DNA of 64,000 bases from Marsupella aquatica (lineage: Eukaryota > Plantae > Marchantiophyta): NCBI GenBank assembly GCA_973895155.1, contig OZ316891.1, positions 7,557,808 through 7,621,807 on the forward strand, given 5' to 3'. This document shows positions 38,201 to 52,100 of this stretch, one piece after another. A model generated the notes under the pieces. That model was not told the origin of the DNA. It saw only the letters and a list, made by a program, of their open reading frames with translations, and made no database searches. The number at the start of each line of letters is the position of its first letter. Position 1 is the stretch's first letter. A program made the position numbers and the translations under genes.

Positions 38201-38964
38201 CTTCACCCACTCTATTACTATTACAATGGTGGTTAAGACGTATATGTTTGATGTGCTCTCTTGTTTAACTTTCTTATCTGATGGCCCCTAGGAAACATTT
38301 TTTTACCTAATATGCCCCCTATTACACTTTTGTGTTAGTTGTTCATGTAGCGGTCACTCTAACCAAAAAACAAATTGATGCAATGACCAATTGGTCATTG
38401 CACCCAACCTTGCACGGTCGAACAAAAAGGTTAAACGACGAGGTTAGGGGAACAGCGAATGTGCGGCCGTCGCTACCCAAACTACAAAGTGAAGACAATA
38501 TTATGTCTTCGGATTTGAACCGCGGACACTACACAAACTGTAAAGTGAAAACAATATGAATTATGTCTTTGGATTTGAATTTTTAACTGTAACGCAGGGT
38601 AGTCATGGGGCTTACTTTCATGTGCTCCACACAGGGAATTCTTGGACGTTTTTTATCTGCGACTATCAGTTCGGAGGATATGTGCAATCATTATGATCCT
38701 AGTACTTTCACGAGCACTTTTTCTATCACTGACCATTGGGACTCGTTTTCTGTCACTAGGCACTAGGCATTGGGCTTCAATCAACAACCTGAAGGTATCA
38801 ACAAAACCCAAACATCGAGCATCGACAAAAGCCCAAGCATCAACAAAACTCTAGTGCTTCCCTCTCGCAACACAAAGAATCAAAGAGCAATGATTGTCAA
38901 GTAGCGGCGACAACCCTAAACCCCTCACACAACACACGAATACATAATGCAATATGTCTTCACA

Positions 38965-40145
38965 TTTATAAAATATTTTCTAATATATAATTTCTATAAA
39001 ATGAGTTGATAATTAATATTGAAAATAAAGAATGTTTTTGGAATGTTTTTCTAGAAAATATGTGTATTTATAATAGATTAAGATCACATGTGGTACCCCA
39101 AAATATAGACTAAGTTGACAGCCAAGTTTCAAATTCAGCAGAGTTCCTTCCACTTTTGTAAGACAAAAAATTGGATAGAATTTCCAGGACTCTTTCATGA
39201 GCAGCAAGAAAGGACTAACATGAAAGGTTTTTACTTTGTCACTTTGACTCTAACCATTTGCAACATAAATCCAGCTCATGCTAGCTATAATTAAAAATTT
39301 GCAACTTAAAGGATCACAACAATTGCATATGGCCCAAGGACATGACCAACAACTATGGAGTGGATGAGGAGCATATTGTGCCTATGGGTGGGCCTGATGA
39401 CCCAGATGTTTTAGTTGAAGTAGGGGTTGAGGTATTTAAGCTACATTTTTACTACCAATTTTTCTGCAATGAATGTAAACTACACCATATTTTATATTAT
39501 GAATCCAAACCAAAATTCAAATCTAAATTTTAATGTACTGCACTCTACTAAATCTAAAATTTTAGGTGTCTATTTTAGACATTCTATTTTACTGCAATGT
39601 ATGTAAACTTTTTATATATTTTGGGTTGGTAGACCATGAGCAATTATTTTCATTTTCATGATTGTGTTCAGTCTGTTATTGATGATTCAAAACCTTCATC
39701 ACTAGAGGTCATAGATTCTCAGACTCTCCAAGAGATAAGGTGTTGGATTCTTCGCCTGCAACTGTCCCACCTTCTATTCTAGAGACTACTAGAACTAGAG
39801 CTTCACTTTGTCTGCTTGCTAGACTCTTGGCTAAGGTTGCTTATCTAGAGCATCATTTGGTCCATATTTTCAGGGGTGGACTACCAAAAACTATATGAAC
39901 CATGTGCAATCCAAAATATATTTTTTCAATGAGAAGCAGCTAAATTTTTTTAAAGGGCAGGACGTCAAACAAGGTGTTATAAACTCAAATTAATAAAATA
40001 TTTTCTAATATATATCTTTTATAAAGTCAAATAAGCTATTAATATTGAAAATAGAGAATATTCTTAGTATATTTTCTTTATAAAATAGGAGTATTTATAT
40101 TAGACTATGATTATATGTCGTATCCCAAAATATACACTAAGTTAA
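38965..40145. repeat. Pair of AT-rich direct repeats of about 155 bp (about 38965-39120 and about 39990-40145)
   Basis: 'ataaaatattttctaatatata...ttaatattgaaaata.agaat...cccaaaatata.actaagtt' occurs twice, about 1 kb apart. Confidence 0.75.
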
Positions 40146-40409
40146 CCCCCAAATCCATACTTTTGTAGAGCAACTAAAACCTAGATGTCACGTCTTTGGT
40201 TGTTCTCTTACACCCCATGTAGAGTATATACATGAATTGCACTAGTTGTGGTCCATTCAAATTACTTGTGGGCATGAAGGTCATGGCTGGAATTTTCTTA
40301 CTAGTGAGATGGAGCTAGGGAGGGGCACACCAGAATTCTTATCAAAATAAAACCTGGTTTCAATGAGGGGTGCTTATGGGGCCGGGAAATGTAGCTGCAA
40401 CCTTTGCTT

Positions 40410-40575
40410 CTTCATTGAAATGCCCCACCCTTTGAAACACAAGTTGATCTCATTTCTCCTTCATTGAAACGCCACAGCTCCCTTCTAAACTGAAATGCCA
40501 ACATTTTAGATAGCTCCTTCATTGAAATGCCAGAGCTCCCTTCTAAACCAAAATGCCACAATTTTAGATAGCTGA
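40410..40575. repeat. Short tandem array (TTCATTGAAATGCC / AGCTCCCTTCTAAAC units)
   Basis: A unit of about 57 bp twice, plus partial copies. Confidence 0.8.
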
Positions 40576-43500
40576 AAAGGTGCATAAGGAGCTGCGTGGA
40601 GTATGGATCATTTATGTACCTAAACTTCTCCTTGTAAAAACACTTCCTCCGGTAATGGAGTCCGTGTAACAATGTGCAATTGAACCCAAAAATTCACATA
40701 CTAGATCCTAACAAGGTACCCTATACGTTGCCATTGAACCAATGTAATTTCCATATCGTGCAGATCTATGTCGTGCAGATGATATGCTTCCTTGTGAGGG
40801 CAGGGAAGGGCTTCATCTTTGCAACAAAGATCCAACATAGTCCAGGTAATGAATCACAAATGTCCGCATAGATACTTTCAACCTAAGGGCTAGGATTTGT
40901 TCCCATTTTTTCCTGAGTTTGAAAAATATTGTACCATTTCTAGAGGGTATGGTATTATAGTGACTTTTCCCCTCCTTGTACCAAATAAGGTATTGTGCTT
41001 GACTTTATTCAATTAATTTTTACTCAAGATTACACTATGCAGTCAATATTGTTTTCTTGTGTATCTACGATGGTACAATGAGGTTTCTCCTTGATACTGG
41101 TGCATGCAACAGGGTTAGTTTCTTTTTTGTCTTTTGTCTCCACCATTGGATTCCTTTTTGTGTGAAAATGTTTTGTGTCCTTTTGGTCCAAGCTATACTA
41201 ACTTGATTTTGGTTATATCCCTTCTGCTTATTGATTACTTCTTTTTTCTTGGCACTGCATTTTTGTAAGACAACCCTTGCATAAAAGGCGCAATATGTTA
41301 TTATAGTTTCTAATAAGAACTAGAGATGAACTAGGCTAATTGGATTGTTTTATATATAATTTTTCCTTGAAATCCAGTCTTTTATATATAATTTTTAGGA
41401 ACAGCCTTTGTCCTATTTGGACGGGGGACTGCCTCCTCACCATGGGAGACTGGCTCTTTGCTACTATGAGAGATACATCCATTGTCAGCTATCTTTGAAA
41501 CATTGATAGCAATTAGATTTTGGTAGATGTTGCAAATGACCCATAGCTATAGATCTGTGTTTGGCTAGTGGTCTCAACTTTTGCTGATTTTCCCCTCAGT
41601 TACATCATTTGCCAGAGCAATTTTCATTTCATGGTTAGATCTGGATGACGAGTTTTGGGCAACTCGTTGAAGATCAAATGAACAAGTACAGTTGGGTAGT
41701 GGAGAATGTTTTTAATCAGCTAATGGTCATGTATTGTATGAGCTAATGGCCATGTATTGAAATGTATGGGACATTTCAATGTCCCATTGTCGTGTGAATG
41801 TCTTTCATTTACATGGAGCCGGAAAACTTTTGTAACAAACCTTAGGTGTTATTGTTGTAAGATTTTATTCTTAGAACAAACCTTAGGGGTTATTCTCCTT
41901 AGGTGATAATTCTTACGAGAATGACATCTCACGAGAATGAAATCTTACAAGAATAAAAAGTGGGAGTTGGGGGCATGACAAGAAAAAGGGAAAGAGAAAG
42001 GAGGACATAAAAGTCACTTAAAAACATTCTTGGGCATAACAGTCAGGTCATTCACCTCTGAATATTCATTCCACCTTCCTTGCGACCAACTTTGGTATAT
42101 CGATTTTTGAACTCAAATCTGCACCTAATCCATAACCTACTCGGCCAATGAAAAGTCTAAGTCCAAGCTACGAGTATAGGACAGGCTTTCTATATAATGA
42201 AAAATCAAGGTGTGAAGAGATTGTCAGATGAAGTCCATGTGCTCCCTTTGCCTGTCCAAGCGCTGACAGATAAAAGTAAAGAGGAATTGAGCTTTGGGAG
42301 GGAGTGTAGGAGCACATCAAAGACAGAGTGTTGATCTGTGGGGTCCTCCCTTATCTAGGCTTGGGTTAATTCGCTAGATTTCACCTCCCCAAAAGTTTGC
42401 TAATAAGATTGTACTATCCAGTTTCACAGCCATAGACGAGGTATTATATAATGAGAGCAAACAGGAATTTTGTTAGCGAGGAGTTGAAGTAATTTTAAAT
42501 TTCTTTGCTGCCTTATATGTTTTTTTGCATTTTTTTATGACTCCATATGGCTAGCGAGTTTGCTAGCAAAACGAGGAGTCTTAAAAATGTCTGTTATCAA
42601 CCAGGTTGGTATTAGCTATGCAGTTGGATTTAGAAAAATTAGGGGTCAAGTGAGTCAATTTTTTGCTTGTGTGAGGAATTTTTTACTGTTTCCTCTCATG
42701 CTACAATAACCCACCACATACCACATTATCCAGATCTAAAGGTCTTCCTTAAATCTAGAGAGATTTAATGATAAAAAATTAATCTAGGAAAACTGGATAA
42801 TGAATATTCCTAGTATCTTAATTCCTCTTGACACAAGGTGACATTTGCCACTGGGAATAGGAAAATACCCTAAAAAATATGCTGGTTGGAGTGAGCATAG
42901 GAGCAAGGCAAAGGGCTTATAAAGTCAAATGTTTACCAGGCACATCTTTGGGTGCCTCTCACATTCTTCAGTAATTTTCAGCGATACATTTAGTCCCATG
43001 TAGACAACTTTAATTTGACCATTGACCTACTACTTGAGAGCATTGTGCCATTGTCAATGGTATTATCAGCAAATTTCTGCTTTTCCCACAATTGGGCTAG
43101 GGGCTACATGTAGAGAAGCAAAATGTCATTTTTTGGATTAAGTTTTCCACCTTCATTACTCCTTCAAGACGCTGGTAGCCAGATTCAACATATTCCATTA
43201 TTCTCAAAAGATGGATGTAGATAAGATGTGTCAGACAACCTTCTAACTGAGGTACTAATGTGGTAACTAAGCAATACTAGCCAGCCTACCTTACTTGGCT
43301 CCACACTACCAAAACAATGCCCATTATGTTGATCTAACCTAGTGCCCTTCATGATTTTCATTGCATGTTCAGGATTTTGGCTCAATATAGCATTTCTCTC
43401 CATTTTCACTAAAAGTAGTAAAAAGAAAAATCTCTTGGGCCTTTAAGTGTACTAACATCCTGTAATCATAGCATTATGGGGAGCATTATGGACTGTCGTA

Positions 43501-44636
43501 TCCCTTTAAAACTTGCACTAGAGCCCTTGTAGCTGGGAACATTATTGCCCACAATACTCTGTGAACAGAACTTTACTATATACATACACTAACTCCAGAT
43601 TTCCTTCCCCTATCACTCTTCATGGTAATTGGGGGGGGGGGGGCAGAACAATGAACAAACTAAGTATACCATGTGGATGCATGTAGAGTAGTTCTTGTTG
43701 GTTTTTCTTGTCACAAACACATAGAGATGGTGGTATAGAAGATGAAAGCCAACCTTGTTCAGGCTTGGTGAACGGATGCTTTTTGTTATGGATGTTAGGA
43801 TTTACTCTTAGGTTTAGAGTTATGACTGTACTACAATTAGGGCTAACTTTAGTTGCAGACTAAGTTAGGTTAGTCATGCTGCACACACACACAATACCCA
43901 AGCGGTGTTTGCTTGGATAGTAGGAACTCAGGCTCATTGTAATGGAGCCCGTTGATAGGATAGGGAGAGCTCTTGCTATGGATGCTTGGTATGGTCGGTC
44001 GACCTAGAGTGCAATAAAGCTCTTGTGTGTTCCCATGGATGTATGTGGAGGTGAACCACGTATCTCTCGGTGTCAATACTTGTGCATTGGATGGTTCATG
44101 GACTTACCGTTGTGATTGTCGTCTATGCTAAACAATGGACCTGTCCCATAGTATTTTATAAAATATTTCAAAGAACAAAAGGTGCCATACAGGCTCCAAA
44201 AAGCAAGAAACCCAATAAAGGGGGGGAAACAAGGAGAAAATCCAAGGAGTGCAAAGAGCTAAAAAGCCCCAAAGTCCCAAAAAACATTCAAAGATTAAGA
44301 ACTAGAGCCCTAATGAGGAACAAACAGAATTTTTTTATAGAGCTCCAGAGTAAATAGAATAGGTCCTGAAGAGGAATGACTAGAAACCCTAAAGCAACCT
44401 TATCTGGCTGAGAAAGGATAGTGAATGCCTGAGCCCTATGTAGAGCAACTCGCACCTATTGTTAAAAGAGTGACTACGAACAGTAGGGAATAAGGCAAAA
44501 GAGTGAGTGAGTACAAACACTAGGGAATAAGGCCTCACTTTACATAGAAAATCTATGAATCTTTGGGACTCCGCTTTACATAGATTAGTCCCGACTACTC
44601 GTTCTTTGAACGTGAATATCGGGGACTACAATAAAT

Positions 44637-44908
44637 ATATCACCAAAATATATTTATAATTCACATTCTTTGAAGGTTAATGAAATGATAAAAAAACCAT
44701 CATGCAGGTAATCATTTTAATGATCATATATAACATACCATACTCTTTTCTATGCACATATGTTATGGTAAATAGGAATCATGACAATAAATATACATGC
44801 TTATCATTTGATGTATATCATGGTCATGAATTTTGCCATCCGCATGATGAGCTATGGAGTTACATTCTAGAGTCTTCACTCTAGAAACCTAGACCCCAAC
44901 TCTAGCTT
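44637..44908 (+). repeat. Dispersed AT-rich repeat of about 300 bp, copy 2
   Basis: Collinear with 27861-28165. Confidence 0.8.
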
Positions 44909-47900
44909 GTAGTAGGTGCTTTATAAGTAAGATAAGGTGCCCTAGAGACCTCGGGTGCAAGTGGGTAAAATAGATTTCCAGGACAACAAGCACCATTACT
45001 CCAAACTGCACTACAAGAGATTTACAACATTTCCTTCTATAAATCACGGTATTTACATTAAATACTGTTGTGTTGCGCTTGCTCCTTTAGTCGATGGATG
45101 CCGGTAGCCTGTAGTTGCAGGTTCGATGCCCGAAGACTTAAAATTAATACCTAGAATTGATGCCTTCAGACATCCTGAAGTCTGTGGGCTGCTGGTAGAG
45201 GGCGAGAGTGTGGTGTTTCAGGAGTCGGGTTCAAAACACACTTGGAGCCTTTTTAACACACATCCCCTCCAAAAGTGGGGTTCAGAGGCCTCAGGTTACA
45301 CACAGATTTATTTTTATTCTAACAGAGTTTACACATAACCCCCCAAAAGTGGGGTTCAGGTGCCTCTAGTGACACTAAGAACTTTTTCTGATTCGAGAGG
45401 AGAACCGGCTGTTGAAGTTACCGGTCAATACTCGCTAGAGTCCAATTAGCTACAAGACACTATTAAAGGCCGAACACCTTACTTGAGAAGTGAGTCTTAC
45501 AATCAATTATTTTAAAATATTTTCAACAAGGAATAAAAGGGGCACTTCACAAGAACAAGAGTTAAAAAAAGGAGGTCACTCGTGTTTTCCGTTACCTTGT
45601 CTAGATGAAGAATGTCTCCTAAAGAAAAAGTTGTCATAAAGTGCATTTAATACAGTCCTTTCAAATACCAAGTCATGCGTTAAACTTTGACCAAACTATA
45701 AAGTGCATTTAATAGTGTCACCAAAAGGTGTCTAAACTTTGACCAAAACTATTCTACATTTTGGGGGACCCACTGCAATCCATGTAAGATTGGGAGAAAT
45801 CTTCTACAAGTGACCTCTCAATTTCATGTAAAGCAAAAGTGAACCAGTCACTCTTGGTTACCATGACATCTGAAACCAAGATATTGGAAAGAGACCAGAG
45901 CTCTACCAGGCTTTTCAATTCTCCACTCAGGAGGGTGTTAGCCTTCTCTACACCTTTTAGGTTCCTTTTTTGGCTGTGGTTTTGGCCCTGGCTTCTTCAT
46001 TGGCTTTTGCTTGGAGTCCCCTTGGCTTGTTTTTCTTGGGGCCCTTTCCCCTCTTTTCCTTCCCTTCATTGGGTTTCTTTGCCATTGGGATCATGTCTTC
46101 GGGGTTCGGTGTTTTTTGCCCTTGGGCACGGTGATATATATCTAAACTCCCAGTTTAAGAGGTATTTGTGTTTCCAATTGGTCACTCGTATGATATGGTA
46201 TCTGAAAGCAAGATCTTGGAAGTGACTACTCAATTGTAGTCCTCTTGTTCTTCAAAAGTCCCCTGAAACTCCCATTCTTAATTGGTATAAGTTGTTTGTA
46301 CACATTTGATAGAGAAGTTTCAACCATCAGAACTTTCCAAGGCCTAGGAGAACCTTCAGATCTGGCAAATTGACCTTAACATGATAGAAGAATCTGACGA
46401 ATCGAGTCCCCAAACCTCCTGGATTTTGTCTTCTATTATTGTAGTGCTTATTGACACTGCACACTAAACATGCACAATTCTATCTTTCTGGAGGTTTTCT
46501 AAAATAGCTCAACTATGGCAAACAATTCCAACCAAATATTCAATTGCATGAAAGTTCATGTTCGGTTGGATTTTAACATCATTGCTTTCCCAACAGAGTG
46601 TGCATGCAAGAATCACATTGATTTCATACCGCACAAAATGCCTACTGCTTGTATGGCTGTGTAGGCTTACCAAGCACTGGGGTAATCGCACCACACAAAC
46701 CCCTGTGCAAAGACTTTTCTTTTTTTCGCCAAAGAAATTGACCTTCCCTGTCCCCAATACTTATGACCCTCGACACATACACAGGCATACTGTACCATAA
46801 ACAAACTGATCTATATTCATACTACATGAACAAATAGTGCCCTAGTTAGGGGCATTGTGGGACATAATGCTCCAGAAATTACAGTAGGGTTGTAGCCAAA
46901 ATCTGAGGAAATATTGTGGCTCACAATGCTCCTAACCATAACATAAACTTACATACAAACTTGGGTGAGTTTTGGAACTAACCCCAAAAAAGTCAAATCC
47001 CTACAGTTAAGGTCATGCAATAGTGTGGAGAGAAAGAATAAGTTCAAATGCCAGGATTTTAGATTATGCAAGGATTTGCTGGAAAATGGATGTGTGTGCT
47101 ATTTTGCTTCTTGGTTTACAGAGTAATTTTATCTAAGTTTAGTTATATATGCCTAGATTGATGGGTCATTGGACAATTCCCTCCTCAAAGCAAGGTGTGT
47201 ATGGTAGAAAATGTATACTCTTAAAAATACCATGCTAAAACTTGCAAAAGTCTTTAAATCTAGAGTGATGCCCAGTTTCCAGGGTGCTGTGGATTATAAT
47301 GCCCCCAAAAAGAAGGCTTTAGGCCAAGTTTTGAGTGCCTATTTACCCACAACGCCCTTTGTAACAAGGAGTTAATTCACTTTAATTCAACACAAATTTT
47401 CACTGTTTACTATTTTTATTATATTTCTCCAATCTCCCGTGTGTGTGGAGACAAACCCAAATTTCATGAGCTTTCAGATTTTTACTTCTATACCAAGAGA
47501 CAAGTGATGTTATCACTCCCAAAATGCCCTTGCACTGCCTGTGATCGGCATTATCTTCCAAAAAAACTTGGATGGATTTAAGCACAGTTGGCTCTCTCTA
47601 AGTATAAATATCATAAGTGCAAATCCTGGATAACTGCATGTTCATCCCTTTGTACTGGATGTATATTTGCTAAATGACAACTTTATAAATGCAAACCCTT
47701 GATAAGAGTATATGTACACTAGTCTTTAAGAGAACACACCCCTATCAAATTGGATTTACTGATAAGTGCATGCCCTTCTTTAATAGAGCAAGCACTGCAC
47801 TTATGGAGTAGGACACCTAATTTAGGGCAGGTGTACAATTTGGGTTATGAGTCACAAGACTGCTCGCTGACAGAGGGTGCACTCTTATCAATAAGTGCAC

Positions 47901-48409
47901 AATTATGGAGGGTTTCTTTCTGTGCAAATTTTTGCACATTTGCTACCAGGCCAAATGGCTTTGCAAATGATACAATCAAGCTTTGAAAAAGTTTTAGTGA
48001 TTGTTTTGCTAAAATCAACAACCTATATCTGACCCTGCACAGATCTAATGGCCATAATGTGACCCCTACATATTTTTGGCTAAGCAAAGGCTCTCAATGG
48101 GCCATGAGTGCAGCCCTCCAAAAATACAAAAAGGGACCCCGGTTTGCATTTATCACACAGTGTAAACACCCTTTAGTGCACACCAGACCCGAATAGCTTG
48201 TATTTGGGAGTGTGCACTTATAGAGAGGCTAGTGAATCCTGTAGTACGTACGTCGATACCAAAAGCAAAGCAAGTCTGCAACAGCTCTATCGTTCCCGCC
48301 AATCAGAACTACAGTAGTAGCTATGCTTTGCCCATCACAAGTTTCGATTTCTGCAACGAAGCTTTAATTTCGACGATGGCAGGACTGATGAGCCGACACA
48401 CTGACTGCT

Positions 48410-48592
48410 GCTCAAGCTCTAGCTCGAGCTCGAGCTCAGGCTCCGGCTCAGGCTCAGGCTTGACAGGCCCAGCAGTCACTCGAACGCCTCCTGACTGCAC
48501 GGAATCGCCATCAATCCACGTGTTCTGGTCGATTAAGATTCGTGGGTGGAGAATTGGAAGAGTACTCCACTCCACTCCACTCCACTCCACTG
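48410..48592 (+). repeat. Hexamer (GCTCRR)n and pentamer (CTCCA)n microsatellites upstream of the ABCG gene
   Basis: Directly visible at 48410-48460 and 48564-48591. Confidence 0.85.
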
Positions 48593-49104
48593 CGGTGCAC
48601 TGTTTCCACAGTTCCACTCCGGCACAGTACCACAGCTACAATTGCTCATCAGCATTCATGTTCCTTCTCTGACGGTACGGTAGTATTTTTCCATCATTTT
48701 CCACTGAGACTGTAGACTGGCAGGAGAGGTCGAATGAATTCTCCAGCACTGAGGGGCCGTAACTGGCATCAAAACTGGACAGTTCCGGAGTGACAGAAAT
48801 CATTCCGGGCACAGAGAGAATGATGGAACACTTGACGTGCTCAAGTTGAGGAGGAGGCAATGTGCAATGTGGGCGCCGGGTGGTCACGTGAAGTCGGGAC
48901 GACCAGCCTGCTGAGTTTGAGTGTGAAAGGAAAAAGGGGAGTTCCGAGAGTTCAGCTGCGAAAGAAGAGGAGTGTGCGTTCCTAGCTCGAAGTTTTTGAT
49001 ACTAGCATTGCCTGGTGGTGTGGAGAGACTGAAGTGACCCGGAGCCGCATTGTGCTTTGACAATGACATTGTAGGTATTTCTTCTCGACTAGTCAGCTTC
49101 AGGA

Positions 49105-52100
49105 ATGGCGGCTCCTATCTCCCTTGAGGGGGAAATATGGGCGGATAGAAGGTCTGGAAGTGCTAGCATGTGGTCCTTGGGAGAGACCGTGTTTTCCCGG
49201 TCTTCTACTCTGCGCAGAGAGCAGGATGACGAGGAGGCTCTCAAATGGGCTGCATTGGAGAAGCTTCCAACTTATGACAGGTTGCGAACTGCCATATTGA
49301 GAAATGTGGGGGACAATGGAAAGGGTAGCTATGAAGAGATAGATGTGACTAAGTTGGGCTACGAAGACCGGCAACACATCATCGAAAAGATTTTGAAGAT
49401 TACGGAGGAGGACAATGAACGGTTTCTTCTGAAGCTCCGTGACAGAATAGACAGGTATGTCACCGAAAGTATTGGCACCCTGCTGCACGGGCCAGAATCG
49501 GGTTACTTCTTGGGGATACAAATCATTGCTGGCATTTCGCTATAATTTGGGATTTGGATTTGCGCTGTGACCCCTGCCTGAAGCTGCAGTAGCCTTGACA
49601 GGAGTGAATTTTTCTCATATCAGTGATATATGAATAATTTCAAAAAACAAATCGTGACTTTCTGTCACACTGGGTCTGTTGCGACACATTTTACGAATCG
49701 CCCAAAACTGGAGCGCAACCTCCAACTGTAATCCAATTCAGCCTGTTTAGAATGGTCACAATGTTCTGGAATGATATGATCGAAAAATCTAAAGTAAAAA
49801 CTTGAGTGAGTTTTGGAAGAAACAATCTCACCCTGCAAATTGTAATCGAACTCAACATGTTGAGCACGATGACCTGTTCTGGAACGAGATGATCGCAAAA
49901 TCTAGACTCGAAATCATCGATGCAAATCTCTCTTTGAGTATGCAGTAAGAAGATTCATCCAAGTTGGTGTTCAAAACTTTCAGGGTCGGCATAGATTTAC
50001 CCAAGATCGAAGTGCGATTTGAGCACTTGAGCATCGACTCAGATGTCGTGGTGGGAAGCAGAGCCCTACCATCTCTTCCCAACTGGGGCATCGCACAGGT
50101 CGAGGTAAGAGAAATTTTTTACAAGTTGCTCCCAACTTTGGTGATTTTTGTGATAATCGTGAATCTTCTTTACAACACAAGTGGGAAAAGGAATTGACGC
50201 AAGAGACTCAGGAGGACATACGAGAACACCGAAGTCTGATAGTGGGAAACTTACACCTTGGCAGCGAATCTTTACCCAGGGCATTGTCTGAAATTCTGTG
50301 TTAGCTGGTTTATCTTCCATCTGGCTCCTCTCTACTGTTTAGAGATTCTACAAAATGATGGACTTGTTTTGCTCGTCTCACTGTAAGATTCGGTCCCTAT
50401 TAGCTTCGCGGATTGTTGAATATTCCTTTCTGATTTGAGGAATGTTGACCTATTCAGGAGCCGTTTACAAGCGCCCCTAGACTTTGGCGAAACGGTTTTA
50501 TGATTCTTATTTTTCAGTTGTCTGAATAGAACCTCTCTCAGAGATTTCTTGTCGCTGTTTTTTAATTTATTTTTCAGTTTCCCACCTCCATTTCTTTCCA
50601 CGACAATTGCTTAAGTTTCTTCATATGAACGATCATTTCGAAGACTGATTTTTCTTTTGTATAGAATGTCATGAGCGCATGTGGTTTCAAACGGTCAAAT
50701 AGGAGGGCCTTGAACATACTCAAGGATGTCAGCGGCATTGTTAAACCGACCAGGTATTCCTTCCCCCCGTCTGACTGGACTACCATGGCTGTACAAGTTT
50801 GAATATTGTAACTGCTCGGAATACATGCTATAATGTTTTGAGACACCGCATGTGGTATCGGTGATGTGATATGTACGTCCTGCAGACAATTGTGGTAGTT
50901 CAACTACTGATAGATTTTTGTGGGACGATTTTCTGGCAGGATGACATTGTTACTTGGACCACCTAGCTCTGGGAAGACGACTCTGCTGTTGGCACTCTCT
51001 GGCAGGCTTCCGAAAGACCTCAAGGTGACTTATATACACATTTTTATTAAAGAATAGTTATGTCATGTGTTTGTGTGCGTTTGCATAGCCCTTTTGGTAC
51101 TATACCTTCGTTGAGAATACCAGTCACTGATTTTGTAGATAAGGAATGATGGTCCAAGGTTGGTTTTCTCGTTGGTACAAACTGGTTTGTAACGATGGGC
51201 TGGAACACGGGCCGGTGCATGACATTGCCTTGCCTCGACCTCCAGATCAAACAACTTTAAGAGTACGTGTGTCATATTCGGTCCCCGTGTGGAATTCTTT
51301 AAAGCCTATCATGAACCTCGTCTACAGGTTTCAGGCCGTGTGACATACAATGGACATGGAATGGAAGAGTTCGTTCCACAGAGGACAGCAGCTTACATAA
51401 GTCAACATGATTTACACATTGGAGAACTAACCGTTAGGGAAACTCTTGATTTTTCTGGAAGGTGTCAAGGTGTTGGTACCAGATACGGTGAGTGGAAACC
51501 ACTTGTCCTTGTTCACAATCATCGCTTGAATTTTTTCAATTATTCAAGTTTTGGAAGGCCAGAAGATCTGACTGGAGCAATCTCGGGATGGTGGACAGAA
51601 ATGCTGACCGAACTGTCCAAAAGGGAAATAGAGGCTGGAATCAAGCCAGAAACTGATATTGATATATTCATGAAGGTATATTTCTTCTTCATTGGTCAAT
51701 TCACATTTACAATTGAAAGTTGTAATATGTAGCAATTTGACCTGTGTTTTATGTCCACCATCCATTCATTGTGTTGAGTTTTATCCCAGCCTTGACCCTC
51801 TACGGCATTTTGGCAGGCCACTTCAGTGGAGGGTCAAGAAACAAGTTTGGTGACTGACTACACATTGAAGGTAGTAAATGGGCCCACGTCAGCTTGCTAA
51901 TCTGTCTGCATCTTGAGGCAGTTGTCCTATCCATCAAGCCACTGGTCTCTCTTCAATTCTTTCCAATGAGTGAGTGGGATAGTTTTGACTTCGGGTAGTA
52001 TTATGGTCCTTATCCAGATGTAATTTTGATGACTAATAAAATCATATTCATTTTTACACTTTTCTTGTCACGATGCAGCTTTTGGGACTTGATGTTTGTG

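Noticed and set aside
45081-45135. tRNA- or SINE-like A box / B box (TAGTCGATGG ... GGTTCGATGCC)
   Set aside because: No acceptor stem or T-stem pairing, so a cloverleaf cannot be built.
50754-50939. ABCG intron starting GTATTCCTT as a U12 intron
   Set aside because: It does not match GTATCCTT, and there is no CCTTAAC branch site near the acceptor.
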